64,000 nucleotides of DNA from Bacilli bacterium (GTDB taxonomy: Bacteria > Bacillota_I > Bacilli_A > RF39 > UBA660), in the NCBI GenBank assembly GCA_022791775.1, contig JAAVZT010000003.1, positions 103,107-167,106 of the forward strand, given 5' to 3'. Under the pieces are notes generated by a model. That model made no database searches, was not told the DNA's origin, and saw nothing but the letters and a program-made list of their open reading frames with translations. Shown piece after piece: positions 20,579-30,519 of the stretch. The translations under genes and the position numbers were made by a program. Positions within the stretch are counted from its first letter, which is position 1. Each line of letters begins with the position of its first letter.

Positions 20579-21643
20579 ATGTCATTTGTAACAATTTATT
20601 CAAATAATTTAAAAAGAAAAAAAGAAGAATTAAGTAGATTAAAAAAGGATAGAGTTAGATATGTTGATATAGTTAGTGGATGTAGCAAAAAAATAATTAG
20701 TGCTACTAAACAAGCTAATTCTACTAGATCAACTTCTACTTATAAAAGTAAACTAAATGAAATTGAACGTGAAAATAAGAAAAAATCTGACGCAGAAAAA
20801 AGGCTTGCTGATTATGATAAAAAAATTGCAATAAAAGAAAAAGAAGTATTAGTAGAAGAACAAAAACTGCTGAAAGCACAAGAAAATGAAGGCAAAGAGT
20901 TGGAAAGAGAAAGGAAAAGATCAATCGAAGAAATTAATAAAAATATAAATTTTCAAAGAATTGCTTATGAAGAATTAAATAATGAGATAAAAAAAATGAA
21001 AGAATCAAAAGAAAAAATAAATGTTTTATTTATAGCTTCAAATCCTGATATAGAATTGTTTGATAGTAGTGGGAACTCCTATCAGCAACAAAAATTAAAA
21101 TTAGATAAAGAAGCTAGAGAAATTCATGATTCAATTCAAAAATCATTAAAAAGAGATTCAATTAATTTTGAAACAAGGTGGGCAACTAGAATAACAGATT
21201 TATTTCAGTTTATAAATGAAGTTAATCCAACAATTTTGCATTTTAGTGGGCATGGAACAGCAGATGGAAAATTGGTGTTTCAAGATAATAAAGACCAACC
21301 CAAAACAGTAAATGTAGATACATTAGTTGAGATGATTAATGCTTCATCAGATGATATAAGATTAGTGGTACTAAATAATTGTTTTTCTTCTACTATCTCT
21401 GAAAAAATTATTGATAATATTGAAGCTTCAATTGGAATGAATACTTCAATTGGAGATGAAGCGGCAATTGTATTTGCGTCACAATTATATTCAGCCATTG
21501 GGTTTGGACATTCCTTAGAAAAGGCTTTTCAGCAAGCGATAGTGGCATTGAAATTGTATGAAATACCTGAAACTCAGACTCCTCAACTATTTGTAAATGA
21601 TAATTTTGAGGCAAAAGATATATATTTAGTAGCAAAAAAATAG
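20579..21643 (+). CDS. Coiled-coil + CHAT-domain (caspase-like) protease
   Basis: An N-terminal K/E-rich coiled-coil of ~150 aa. The C-terminal domain has the His/Cys dyad context ILHFSGHG ... LVVLNNCFSS, typical of CHAT/caspase folds. Confidence 0.6.
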   Translation: MSFVTIYSNNLKRKKEELSRLKKDRVRYVDIVSGCSKKIISATKQANSTRSTSTYKSKLNEIERENKKKSDAEKRLADYDKKIAIKEKEVLVEEQKLLKAQENEGKELERERKRSIEEINKNINFQRIAYEELNNEIKKMKESKEKINVLFIASNPDIELFDSSGNSYQQQKLKLDKEAREIHDSIQKSLKRDSINFETRWATRITDLFQFINEVNPTILHFSGHGTADGKLVFQDNKDQPKTVNVDTLVEMINASSDDIRLVVLNNCFSSTISEKIIDNIEASIGMNTSIGDEAAIVFASQLYSAIGFGHSLEKAFQQAIVALKLYEIPETQTPQLFVNDNFEAKDIYLVAKK

Positions 21644-21658
21644 TGAAAGGAGTTAATC

Positions 21659-22696
21659 ATGGATAATAACATAATTAAAAATGAAGACTTATTTGGAAAT
21701 TACTATAACAAAATAAATGAATTAATATTAAAGACAAAACATAGTGTTGCTAAAAATATAAATTCAGAAATGGTAGCATTATATTATGAAATAGGTGCTA
21801 CTATTAATGAACTTATAGAAAATTATCATTTAGAAGCCTCTCAAAATGATATTATAAAAATTTTTTCTGAAAAATTAACTAATGAGTTTGGACAAGGATT
21901 TAGTGTTCCAAGTTTGAAAAAAATGAAAAAGTTTTATCAAGTTTTTCAAGGTGGTTCCACACTGTGGAACCAGTTAAGTTGGAGTCATAATCGTTTAATA
22001 ATGAATATAGATGACGAAAACAAAAGAAATTTTTACTTAGAGGAATCTATAAAATCAAATTGGAGTGTTAGACAATTAGAAAGACAAATTAATAGTTTTT
22101 ATTATGAAAGATTACTATCTACTAGTGATAGTACTAAAAATGAAGTAAAAAATGAGATTAATACTTTGGAAAAGAAAGAAAAGGTAATAGATTTTATAAA
22201 AGATCCATATGTTCTAGAATTTTTAGATATTAAAGATCGAAGATTTTTAGAGAAGGATTTAGAATCTAATTTGCTTGAGCACATATCAGAATTTTTATTA
22301 GAATTAGGTAGAGGATTTTCATTTGTAGCAAGGCAAAGGAGAATAGATGTTGACGGGGATAATTTTTATATAGATTTGGTTTTTTATAATTATGTATTAA
22401 AATGCTTTGTTTTAATAGATTTAAAATTGGACAAATTGACTCATCAAGACATTGGTCAAATGGATTTTTATGTTAGGTATTTTGATAATGAAATTAAAGA
22501 TGAACATGACAATCCAACCATTGGAATAATATTATGCTCTGATAAGAAAGATACAATTGTTAAGTACTCTGTATTAAATGATAATAAAAATTTATTTGCC
22601 TCTAAATATCAACTATATTTGCCAACAGAAAAAGAATTAGCACTAGAGATTGAAAAACAAAAAGCAGAATATAATACTTTTTTGGATAATAAGTAA
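21659..22696 (+). CDS. DUF1016/YhcG-family PD-(D/E)xK nuclease
   Basis: The N-terminus (SVAKNINSEMVALYYEIGATINE) is typical of YhcG. C-terminal FYIDLVFYN...LIDLKLDK matches a PD-(D/E)xK core. 345 aa. Confidence 0.6.
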   Translation: MDNNIIKNEDLFGNYYNKINELILKTKHSVAKNINSEMVALYYEIGATINELIENYHLEASQNDIIKIFSEKLTNEFGQGFSVPSLKKMKKFYQVFQGGSTLWNQLSWSHNRLIMNIDDENKRNFYLEESIKSNWSVRQLERQINSFYYERLLSTSDSTKNEVKNEINTLEKKEKVIDFIKDPYVLEFLDIKDRRFLEKDLESNLLEHISEFLLELGRGFSFVARQRRIDVDGDNFYIDLVFYNYVLKCFVLIDLKLDKLTHQDIGQMDFYVRYFDNEIKDEHDNPTIGIILCSDKKDTIVKYSVLNDNKNLFASKYQLYLPTEKELALEIEKQKAEYNTFLDNK

Positions 22697-22793
22697 ACTA
22701 AAAATTGTAAATTATGAAAAAGTTATTGCTATTTAATTCTTAACTCGGTAAAATATTAGTAGATTTGATATTTATCAGTCTTCTTTTGTTCAA

Positions 22794-22823
22794 GAGTTCA
22801 AAATAGGCTCTGTAATCGCACCA
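22794..22823 (+). repeat. Degenerate copy of the tRNA-Leu 3' end (GAGTTCAAA...TCGCACCA); possible attR remnant
   Basis: GAGTTCAAA and TCGCACCA match the T-arm and acceptor 3' end of the tRNA at 15620-15642; the middle is divergent. Located ~100 bp after the last cargo gene. Confidence 0.35.
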
Positions 22824-22868
22824 AATTGATAGGAAACTCGAACTTATTATTCGAGAGCAATAAATATT

Positions 22869-22896
22869 AACTAGAAATACCGTCTAGTTTTTTTTG
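22869..22896 (+). terminator. Rho-independent terminator (AACTAG-N9-CTAGTT + T7)
   Basis: A 6-bp stem followed by TTTTTTT. Downstream of the DUF1016 gene. Confidence 0.5.
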
Positions 22897-23095
22897 TTAT
22901 TTAAAAATGGAAATGATACTTTATTTGTAAATGATTATTCTAAAAGTATTAAATTAAAAGACTTAGAAGTTCATATTAAAACAAATTAATTGTTTTAAAT
23001 CTAGGCGTACAAAATGAAGTACAATACTTGAGGTTAAAAGTATGTTCTTTTTGTACTTTTAATTTCTCTAAAAATAGAAAAGGAGAGATGAAAGA

Positions 23096-23574
23096 ATGAA
23101 AATTGCTATACTAAATAGAAAGAAAAGTTTTTATCAAATGGTAAATGATTCTAAAAGTGTTGTTGCGGATGAAATACTTTTTACAAGTGATAAGATATTC
23201 TTTGATAGTTTATCTGAAGAAGAATTAATGAAATGGGCAAATACTGTATTAGATTTTGTTTATGAGGATTTAGGCTACAAAAAAGAACAAATAATACATG
23301 CTCTCTACACATGGATGAAACAACTCCTCATATTCAGATTGTAGTTGTTCCTCTTATTAAAAAGTTTGATAAAAGAGTCAATCGTGAAAAATATTGTATA
23401 ACTAAAAAAGAATATATCAAAAGTAGCACCCACTTGTCTAAGCTACAAGATAAATTTTATGAAAGATTAAGAAATAAAGGATTTGAGATAGAACGAGGAG
23501 AAAAAAATACAGGTATTAAAAACTTACCCCCTAAACAATTAAAGGTGTTACTCGTATGTTTGAAAAGAATTTAG
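23096..23574 (+). pseudogene. MobV/Pre-family plasmid mobilisation relaxase, frameshifted and N-terminally truncated
   Basis: Two overlapping ORFs in different frames. Spliced across the frameshift near 23310 they read ...ILFTSDKIFFDSLSEEE...LHMDETTPHIQIVVVP...GFEIERGEKNTGIK. This matches the pMV158 MobM family (WIITSDKDFFEKL...HLDESTPHMHMGVVP...GFELERGKLNSEAK), including relaxase motif III HxDExxPH. The N-terminal catalytic region is missing. Confidence 0.7.
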
Positions 23575-23933
23575 ATAACATAAAATATAAAATGAATCGT
23601 GAATATAATAATATCCTTAAAACTATGAAAAGTGAAGCAAAAAGCTATCTTTGTTATTCTAAACCAATAGTTGGAACTTCACAGGAATATGCTGATTTAT
23701 GTGAAGTAAGACCTTACAATAGTAGTATAGATGGTGTTTATATTAGAGCAAATGATTTATATACATTACTTAAAGAAAAAGGTTTTAGTGAAGATATGAT
23801 ATCTATTATTTGGGGAGAATATGGTTTTGGGCCAAGATATCTAAGAACTATTAAAAATGAAGGAATTTATATTAATTATAATTCAATAATGAATTTAGGA
23901 AAAATAGAAGAGCAAAAACAAAAAACAATATAG
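23556..23933 (+). CDS. Hypothetical protein; possibly a further frameshifted C-terminal piece of the Mob gene
   Basis: 125 aa. It overlaps the end of the Mob fragment in another frame. No motif recognised. Confidence 0.25.
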   Translation: MFEKNLDNIKYKMNREYNNILKTMKSEAKSYLCYSKPIVGTSQEYADLCEVRPYNSSIDGVYIRANDLYTLLKEKGFSEDMISIIWGEYGFGPRYLRTIKNEGIYINYNSIMNLGKIEEQKQKTI

Positions 23934-24156
23934 TTTTATTTAGTAAAGGAAAACATTTTTAAAAATAATATCTTAATAAATAAAAATAAGTAGGTCTATT
24001 CCTTTAAAAGAATTAGAGCATTTTATCAAGTGTACATTTTAAATACAAACCAAATACGAAAAAAGCAAAATTATGTTGATTTAGTTTATTGTAATTTAAA
24101 ATGTGAGTAGTAAAATATGGTAAAATGCTTAAATTCTTGAAAAGGAGGAATAAATA

Positions 24157-24384
24157 TTGAATAAAAAGAATGCAGCAATTTATTGTTGTGTCAGCACGAA
24201 GGATCAGGCTCGTGAGGGTTATTCTCTACCTGAACAAATTGAAAAACTAGTAAATGATAATGAATGTGATATAGATTGTATGGCAGATGAATCAAATACT
24301 ACTACTTCAAATGGTAGAATGCTTATGAGAATAATGAATAGTGTAAGTCAAAATAAAATAGAAAGGATATCAATAATCATCTAA
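24157..24384 (+). pseudogene. Remnant of a large serine recombinase (N-terminal fragment with an internal deletion)
   Basis: AAIYCCVSTKDQAREGYSLPEQIEKL and SNGRMLMRIMNSVSQNKIERIS parallel the recombinase at 16283 ([25 protein letters not shown] ... [21 protein letters not shown]). About 70 residues between the two stretches are missing, and the protein stops after 75 aa. Confidence 0.7.
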
Positions 24385-24598
24385 AAAGTATTATTGAAAA
24401 GATTACTGAATTTTAATAAATAGTTATAATCTTTCTTCTTTGATTCAAAAATTAAAATAGTTTTAAAACGATATTTTGCTATACTAAAAATACGGTGAAT
24501 TAGGAGTTTAATAGCTTTGTATTTACAAATTGAAAGCTCTATTAAAAGCATTTTGAGAAAAGTTGAAGTAACTATAACAAGAGAAAGGATCTAAATTT

Positions 24599-24970
24599 AT
24601 GTCAAGAATATTAAAAAACAAAGAATTAGAAAATACAAGATTAGCAACAAATTATGGGGGCTGGATATATTGTGACAAATGTAATGAAAATATAGGATAT
24701 CTATGTTATTCGACCTATGATAAGTTAATATTAAAATATAAATGTAATTGTGGGAACCAGGGGAGTGCATTATTGGACTTTCAAGATAGCAATATAGGTA
24801 AAGGTTGCCAAGATGGATTAATTGTTATAAAAAATAGATTTTGTTGTCCCAAAGATAACGAACCATTAATTACAATATTAGATAAAAAAGTAGCACGTTA
24901 TGAAATAGAAATTACATGTAAATCTTGTGAAAGTATTTATAAAAAAAGAAAGGATTATAATAAAAAGTAA
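24599..24970 (+). CDS. Cys-rich putative zinc-ribbon protein
   Basis: 123 aa with CxxC pairs (CDKC, CNCGN, CCPKD, CKSCES). No homology recognised. Confidence 0.35.
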   Translation: MSRILKNKELENTRLATNYGGWIYCDKCNENIGYLCYSTYDKLILKYKCNCGNQGSALLDFQDSNIGKGCQDGLIVIKNRFCCPKDNEPLITILDKKVARYEIEITCKSCESIYKKRKDYNKK

Positions 24971-25087
24971 ATATATCGAAGCTATATTTTATATTGTCAC
25001 AATTAGTTGAGTAATAGTACTTAATTAAAAAAACTTGCAATATACATTATTCAAAGTTATAATAAGCTTTAATTAAGGGGAAAATTT

Positions 25088-25975
25088 ATGAAAGTGATTT
25101 CATTATCAAAGCGAAAGTTCAAAGATTTAACACCATTGGAGTTATCAAAAGAAGTTATAAATACAGAAGCAAAAATGTATCAATTAATATATAAAGGGCA
25201 AATTCTGATCTTTAAAAAGTTATATCAGAAAACGGGCAAAACATTTGCCAATAAACTGTATACAGTCGAAATGCTTTCTTGGCACCAAAAAGATTTACCT
25301 TTCAATTTTATAAATCCTGAATACTTAGTATCTGTTGGTGGGGAAATAGAAGGATTAGCACTAAAAAAAGTTTCAGGTATTCCATTCTCCACCTTATTAA
25401 ATAATAAAAAGATTGAGCCCAGTTTAATTCTAACTTTTATGAAAAAAATTGGTGAAATATTAAATCAACTCAGTTGTATTCGGAATACAACTGCTTTAAA
25501 AGATATATATATAAACGATTTACATGATTCTAATTTTTTAGTAAATCCAAAAACGGGAGAAATATTTGTCATCGATTTAGATAGTTGTAAAATTGGACAT
25601 AATATTTCCTTTCCATCTAGATTTTTAATATCATGTGATTTGATTCAAAATGCCGTTGGAAAATATCAAATTATAAAAGAAGATTACGAATTAAGTTATG
25701 TAGAAGCCAATGAAAATACAGATTTATATTGTTATATTATCTTAATATTGAATTATTTTTATGGAAATCCTGTATATCATTGGAACATAGAAGAGTTTTA
25801 TGAATATTTAAATTATTTAGAATATATTGGTATGTCTAGAGAATTGATTTATTGTATCAGTCTAATTATTACAAATAAAAAGAATGAAAATCCTCAGCAT
25901 TTATTAGATACCGTTACCAATGAACAAGTCTATCGTGCAAATAAAACAGTTTATCAAAGAATTCTTCGTAAATAA
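25088..25975 (+). CDS. Protein-kinase-like fold protein (APH/CotS family)
   Basis: NDLHDSNFLVNP matches the APH-family catalytic loop (GDLHPGNIL), and VIDLDSC is a DFD-like metal-binding motif. 295 aa. CotS-family spore-coat kinases share this fold. Confidence 0.45.
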   Translation: MKVISLSKRKFKDLTPLELSKEVINTEAKMYQLIYKGQILIFKKLYQKTGKTFANKLYTVEMLSWHQKDLPFNFINPEYLVSVGGEIEGLALKKVSGIPFSTLLNNKKIEPSLILTFMKKIGEILNQLSCIRNTTALKDIYINDLHDSNFLVNPKTGEIFVIDLDSCKIGHNISFPSRFLISCDLIQNAVGKYQIIKEDYELSYVEANENTDLYCYIILILNYFYGNPVYHWNIEEFYEYLNYLEYIGMSRELIYCISLIITNKKNENPQHLLDTVTNEQVYRANKTVYQRILRK

Positions 25976-26086
25976 AAAAGAAATTGATTAGATTATCCAA
26001 AAATAATCTTTTTTTATTACTTACAAAACTGTAATTGCTAAAAAAAAGTAGAAATTGATATAATTTTTTCAGAAAGGAAAATTTAA

Positions 26087-26851
26087 ATGCAAGTTTTAAA
26101 ATTAGATCAAATAAAAAAGTATTATGGAGTAAAGAAAAATATTACCAAGGCAATTGATAAAATAAGTTTAGATATTAATGAAAGTGAATTTGTTGCTATC
26201 ATGGGGGCGAGTGGAAGTGGAAAAACAACTCTTTTAAATTGCATTTCCACGATAGACACAGTAACCAGTGGTCATATTTGGATAGGATCAAAAGATATTA
26301 CTGAAATGAAAGAAGATGAACTTGCTGATTTTCGGCGAGAGAATTTAGGTTTTATTTTTCAAGACTTTAATTTATTAGATACATTAACTATAGAAGAAAA
26401 CATTGCACTTTCTTTAATTATCAATCATGAAAAACCTGATATTGTAAAAGAAAAAATACAAGAAATAGCATCCAAATTAGATATAGATAAAATTTTAGAT
26501 AAATATCCTTACGAAGTTTCAGGTGGTCAAAAACAACGTTGTGCTTGTGCAAGAGCTCTCATCAATCATCCGAAAATTATTTTAGCAGACGAACCAACTG
26601 GTGCCTTAGATTCTAAAGCTGCTAAAATGTTATTAGAAACGATGAAAGAAATGAATGATACCCTAAATGCTACTATATTAATGGTAACTCATGATTCATT
26701 TAGTGCCAGCTTTTGTCAGAGAGTTATTTTTATTAAAGATGGAAAAATATTTAATGAAATTTTTAAAGGAGCAAAAAATCGCCGAGAATTCTTTCATGAA
26801 ATTATAGATGTTATAACCCTTTTAGGAGGAGATTCTTCTGATGTTAAGTAA
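26087..26851 (+). CDS. ABC transporter ATP-binding protein (MacB/BceA-type)
   Basis: Walker A GASGSGKTT, signature VSGGQKQR, Walker B ILADEPTGALD. 254 aa. Confidence 0.85.
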   Translation: MQVLKLDQIKKYYGVKKNITKAIDKISLDINESEFVAIMGASGSGKTTLLNCISTIDTVTSGHIWIGSKDITEMKEDELADFRRENLGFIFQDFNLLDTLTIEENIALSLIINHEKPDIVKEKIQEIASKLDIDKILDKYPYEVSGGQKQRCACARALINHPKIILADEPTGALDSKAAKMLLETMKEMNDTLNATILMVTHDSFSASFCQRVIFIKDGKIFNEIFKGAKNRREFFHEIIDVITLLGGDSSDVK

Positions 26852-28823
26852 ACTAGCGTTTCAAAATGCAAAAAGGAGTTTAAAAGATTATGCTATATAT
26901 TTAATAACCATAACTCTTTCATTTTCTTTCATGTTTGCGTTTCATTTCATTAGTAATTCCAGTCAAGTATTAGAATTAAATAGTACAATGGAAAATTTTA
27001 AGTCAGCCATGTCTATCACTAATATTTTTATTGTTCTTGTAATATGTTTTTTAATTCATTACACAACTAAATTTATGTTGCAAAAAAGAAGCAAAGAATT
27101 TGGTACATATCAATTATTAGGAATTTGCAAAAAAGAGATTACCAAAATGTTTCTCTTAGAAAATATCATTCTAGGATTTATTGCCTTTTTAATGGCCGTT
27201 CCAATTGGATATCTTATTAGCATTTTTCTTTCATATATTATTATGAATATATTTAATTTACCAGAATTAGTTTCCATTGACATAGGAAAAAATGCAATTG
27301 TTTTCCCCAGTTTATATTTTATAATTATTTATATTATTGTTTTATTTCTTGCCCGAAGACAAATAAAAAAAAGGAAAATATATGATTTAATTTATTTTGA
27401 AAAGCAAAACGAAAAGAGAATTCACAAAAAAGATGGCTGTCGAAATATAATCTTTTTCTGTTCTCTTATCATGGGAATCATAGCTTTCATTTTATTCGAC
27501 CGCCAATTTTTAGAAATCGGAAAAGAACCTTCTTTTTCAATCATCTTAATTAGCTTGATTTTGATAATTATTAGTATTTATGGTGTTAGTATAACTTTGC
27601 CAGATTTTGTTTTGAATGCCATCTTAAAAAAGAAGAACTTAAAATATAAGGGAAATTATTTATTTTTAGCAAGAACCTTTTCCTCTAAAATCAAAAGCAT
27701 GAGTATTACAATAGGAACACTTACTGTTTTAATTACATTTACGTTAATAGCTTTAAATTTATCCAGTTTAATGAAAGGAATGTTCGAATATCAAATTAAT
27801 TTAACAAGTCCTTATGATATAGCTATGGAATTAGAAGAAGCAGAAATAGATGAATTTTTAGCTATGATTGAAAAAGAATATGAAATTAAAGAACAATTAA
27901 TTTATCATGGATACGAAGATAAAAATAAGAACATTCAAAATGCAGTAGAAATAGGGTGGAGAACTAAAACTCGAGTCATTGCTCTGAGTGATTTTAATAA
28001 ACTCTTAACAATGAAAAAAAATAAACCCATTGCCTTAAATGAAGACGAATATTATCTAAGTGTTACCAAAGAGTATGAAAGTAAATTTTTAGAAAGTCTA
28101 CCTATAAAAGAAATTAGCTTATCTAACGGGATTACATTAAAGCAAAAAGGGGTAACAAGTGCAGAATATACTAGTTCTTGGGGAGTCGGTTATGGCTATC
28201 TTTTAGTCGTTCCTGATCAAGCAATCACTGGATTAGATATACTTGATACACATTTAATTGTCAATACCAAAGAAAATACAACTGAAGAATTTGCTAATAA
28301 ATTAATGGAACAATATCAACCAGATTTATGTGAATCGACAGATTTCGGTTATGATATTTGTTATAATCTTGGCAATATTGAAGTAAAGGGAAAAGCCGAG
28401 GCAATGAACAAAGGCTTTATGACCATTTCTTCTTTTGTATGTTTTTATTTTGCACTAATCTTTACCGCAGTAGTAGGGACTATATTAGCCATCCACTCAC
28501 TAAGTGACGCAACTAAATATAAATACCATTATCAAGTACTAAATAAACTAGGCGTTCCAGAAAAAGAACTACATAATATTATATTCAAACAATTAAGTAT
28601 CTTTTTTCTATTTCCGCTTATTTATCCTGTAATCATTAGTTTTTTTACTATATTTTCTATGAATCGAATTTTTCAAATAGCGCTAACAAATGAATATATT
28701 TATTTAAGTTACTTCTGTTTCAGTTTTATTATTTTCTTTCTCATCTATGCAATCTATTTTTTTACCACTTATTTTGGATTTAAACGAAACATCGAAAATG
28801 TTTCTGCATCTCCATTTTTATAG
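26841..28823 (+). CDS. FtsX-family ABC permease, BceB-like (10 TM with a large extracellular loop)
   Basis: 660 aa. TM bundles at both ends flank a ~200-aa hydrophilic loop. Start overlaps the ATPase gene. This is the BceB/VraG-type architecture. Confidence 0.7.
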   Translation: MLSKLAFQNAKRSLKDYAIYLITITLSFSFMFAFHFISNSSQVLELNSTMENFKSAMSITNIFIVLVICFLIHYTTKFMLQKRSKEFGTYQLLGICKKEITKMFLLENIILGFIAFLMAVPIGYLISIFLSYIIMNIFNLPELVSIDIGKNAIVFPSLYFIIIYIIVLFLARRQIKKRKIYDLIYFEKQNEKRIHKKDGCRNIIFFCSLIMGIIAFILFDRQFLEIGKEPSFSIILISLILIIISIYGVSITLPDFVLNAILKKKNLKYKGNYLFLARTFSSKIKSMSITIGTLTVLITFTLIALNLSSLMKGMFEYQINLTSPYDIAMELEEAEIDEFLAMIEKEYEIKEQLIYHGYEDKNKNIQNAVEIGWRTKTRVIALSDFNKLLTMKKNKPIALNEDEYYLSVTKEYESKFLESLPIKEISLSNGITLKQKGVTSAEYTSSWGVGYGYLLVVPDQAITGLDILDTHLIVNTKENTTEEFANKLMEQYQPDLCESTDFGYDICYNLGNIEVKGKAEAMNKGFMTISSFVCFYFALIFTAVVGTILAIHSLSDATKYKYHYQVLNKLGVPEKELHNIIFKQLSIFFLFPLIYPVIISFFTIFSMNRIFQIALTNEYIYLSYFCFSFIIFFLIYAIYFFTTYFGFKRNIENVSASPFL

Positions 28824-28853
28824 TATAATAAGAGCAAAATTGGAGGTGAAAAA

Positions 28854-29513
28854 ATGGTTATAGGCATTCTAGAAGATGATAAGATCCTAGCTAGAAATTT
28901 AGCGAATCTTTTAAAAAAAGAGGGTTATATTGTAAAAGTGCTAGAGGATTATCAAAATATAATCCAAGAAATATTAAACCAAAATTTAGATATACTTTTG
29001 TTAGATATAAATTTACCATATTATAATGGCTTTGAAATTTGTAAAAAAATAAAAGAAAGCTTATCTATTCCCATTCTTTTTGTAACGAGTAGTAGCACCG
29101 CCGAAGATGAAATGAAAAGTATTCAAGTAGGTGGATTGGATTTTATTACCAAACCATATGATAAAACAATTTTACTAGAAAAAATTAAAAGAGCTTTAAA
29201 ACTAAGTGATCCAATTAATTTTCGTAATATTACTAAAAAAGGATACACTTTGGATCTGCATTTATCTTTATTAAAATACCAAAACCAAGAAATAGAACTC
29301 ACCAGAAATGAATTTCGGATTCTTTACTACTTTTTTATTAATTCCAATCGAATGATCAGTAAAGAAGAACTCCTAGATAAACTTTGGAATGACAAATACT
29401 ATTTAGACGATAATATATTAGCTGTTAATATAAATCGGTTAAGAAAAAAAGCCAAAGAAATTGGAATATCAGATTTCCTATCAAATGTGAAGAAGGAAGG
29501 ATATCACTTATGA
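28854..29513 (+). CDS. OmpR-family response regulator
   Basis: Receiver domain (ILEDD, phospho-acceptor context DILLLDINLP) plus a C-terminal winged-helix (LTRNEFRILYYF). 219 aa. Confidence 0.8.
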   Translation: MVIGILEDDKILARNLANLLKKEGYIVKVLEDYQNIIQEILNQNLDILLLDINLPYYNGFEICKKIKESLSIPILFVTSSSTAEDEMKSIQVGGLDFITKPYDKTILLEKIKRALKLSDPINFRNITKKGYTLDLHLSLLKYQNQEIELTRNEFRILYYFFINSNRMISKEELLDKLWNDKYYLDDNILAVNINRLRKKAKEIGISDFLSNVKKEGYHL

Positions 29514-30511
29514 ATTATTTATCCTATCTTGAAAATAAAATATTTGCCATTTTATTCCAAATTTTTACTATAATACTATTATTCTTGTTTCTTTTCTTTC
29601 TAAACATAAATGTTGTCATTATTCTAATGATTGCTTCTCTTCTAATTTTATTTCAAATAATTTACCATTTTATAAATTATTACTTTACCAAAAAAAGAAG
29701 CCAAAAGATTATCTCATTAGTAGATCACTTAACAGAAAAATATTATATATCCGAATTATTACCAAAACCAAAGAATATAGAAAATATAGCTTATTATTAT
29801 GCCTTAAAACTAGCCTGTAAAGCCATGAATGATAGAATGGGAAAAATAGAAGAGGAAAAATTAGAGTACCAAGAATATATTGAACGTTTTGTTCATGAAA
29901 TAAAAACTCCTATCGCCGCATTGTCATTAGCATTAGAGGAACAAAAAGAACTTGTTTTAAAAAATGAAGTAGATAAAATAAACCATTATATAGAGCAAAT
30001 ATTATTCTTTGCAAGAAGTGATACAACCGAAAAAGATTATTTTATAAAAAAAATAGAATTAAGCGATTTAATTCATCAAATCATTTTAAAAGAGAAATAT
30101 TATTTACGCCAAAAACATATAGAACTAGACATTCATGATTTAGAAATAATTTATTCAGATGAAAAATGGTTAACTTTTGTACTATCCGAAGTGATTGAAA
30201 ATAGCATAAAATATTTAGAAAAAGAGCAAAAGAAAATAGAGATATTTTGCGAAAAACAAAAAAATTGTGTGATTTTAATAATCGAAGATAATGGGAGTGG
30301 CATAAAAGAGTCTGATTTAAGAAGAGTATTTGAAAAAGGTTTTACGGGAAGTGATCGGACAAAAGCAAAGTCAACTGGAATCGGATTATATTTAGCTAAA
30401 AAGATTTGCAATAATCTAGGCCTTGGTTTTGAAATTGCTTCGTGCTATCAACAAGGAACCATTGTTAAAATAATATTTCCCGTCGATATCAAAAATCAAA
30501 TAAAAAAATAG
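29510..30511 (+). CDS. Intramembrane-sensing histidine kinase (BceS-like)
   Basis: Two N-terminal TM helices with a minimal loop. H-box FVHEIKTPIAAL. N/G boxes IIEDNGSGI and GTGIGLYLAKKI. 333 aa. ATGA overlap with the RR. Confidence 0.8.
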   Translation: MNYLSYLENKIFAILFQIFTIILLFLFLFFLNINVVIILMIASLLILFQIIYHFINYYFTKKRSQKIISLVDHLTEKYYISELLPKPKNIENIAYYYALKLACKAMNDRMGKIEEEKLEYQEYIERFVHEIKTPIAALSLALEEQKELVLKNEVDKINHYIEQILFFARSDTTEKDYFIKKIELSDLIHQIILKEKYYLRQKHIELDIHDLEIIYSDEKWLTFVLSEVIENSIKYLEKEQKKIEIFCEKQKNCVILIIEDNGSGIKESDLRRVFEKGFTGSDRTKAKSTGIGLYLAKKICNNLGLGFEIASCYQQGTIVKIIFPVDIKNQIKK

Positions 30512-30519
30512 GAGCAAAA

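Noticed and set aside
22838-22858. Inverted repeat CTCGAA-N8-TTCGAG just after the partial tRNA copy, as an att core
   Set aside because: It is short, has no flanking T-run, and has no counterpart near the tRNA. It is noted only as context for the possible attR.
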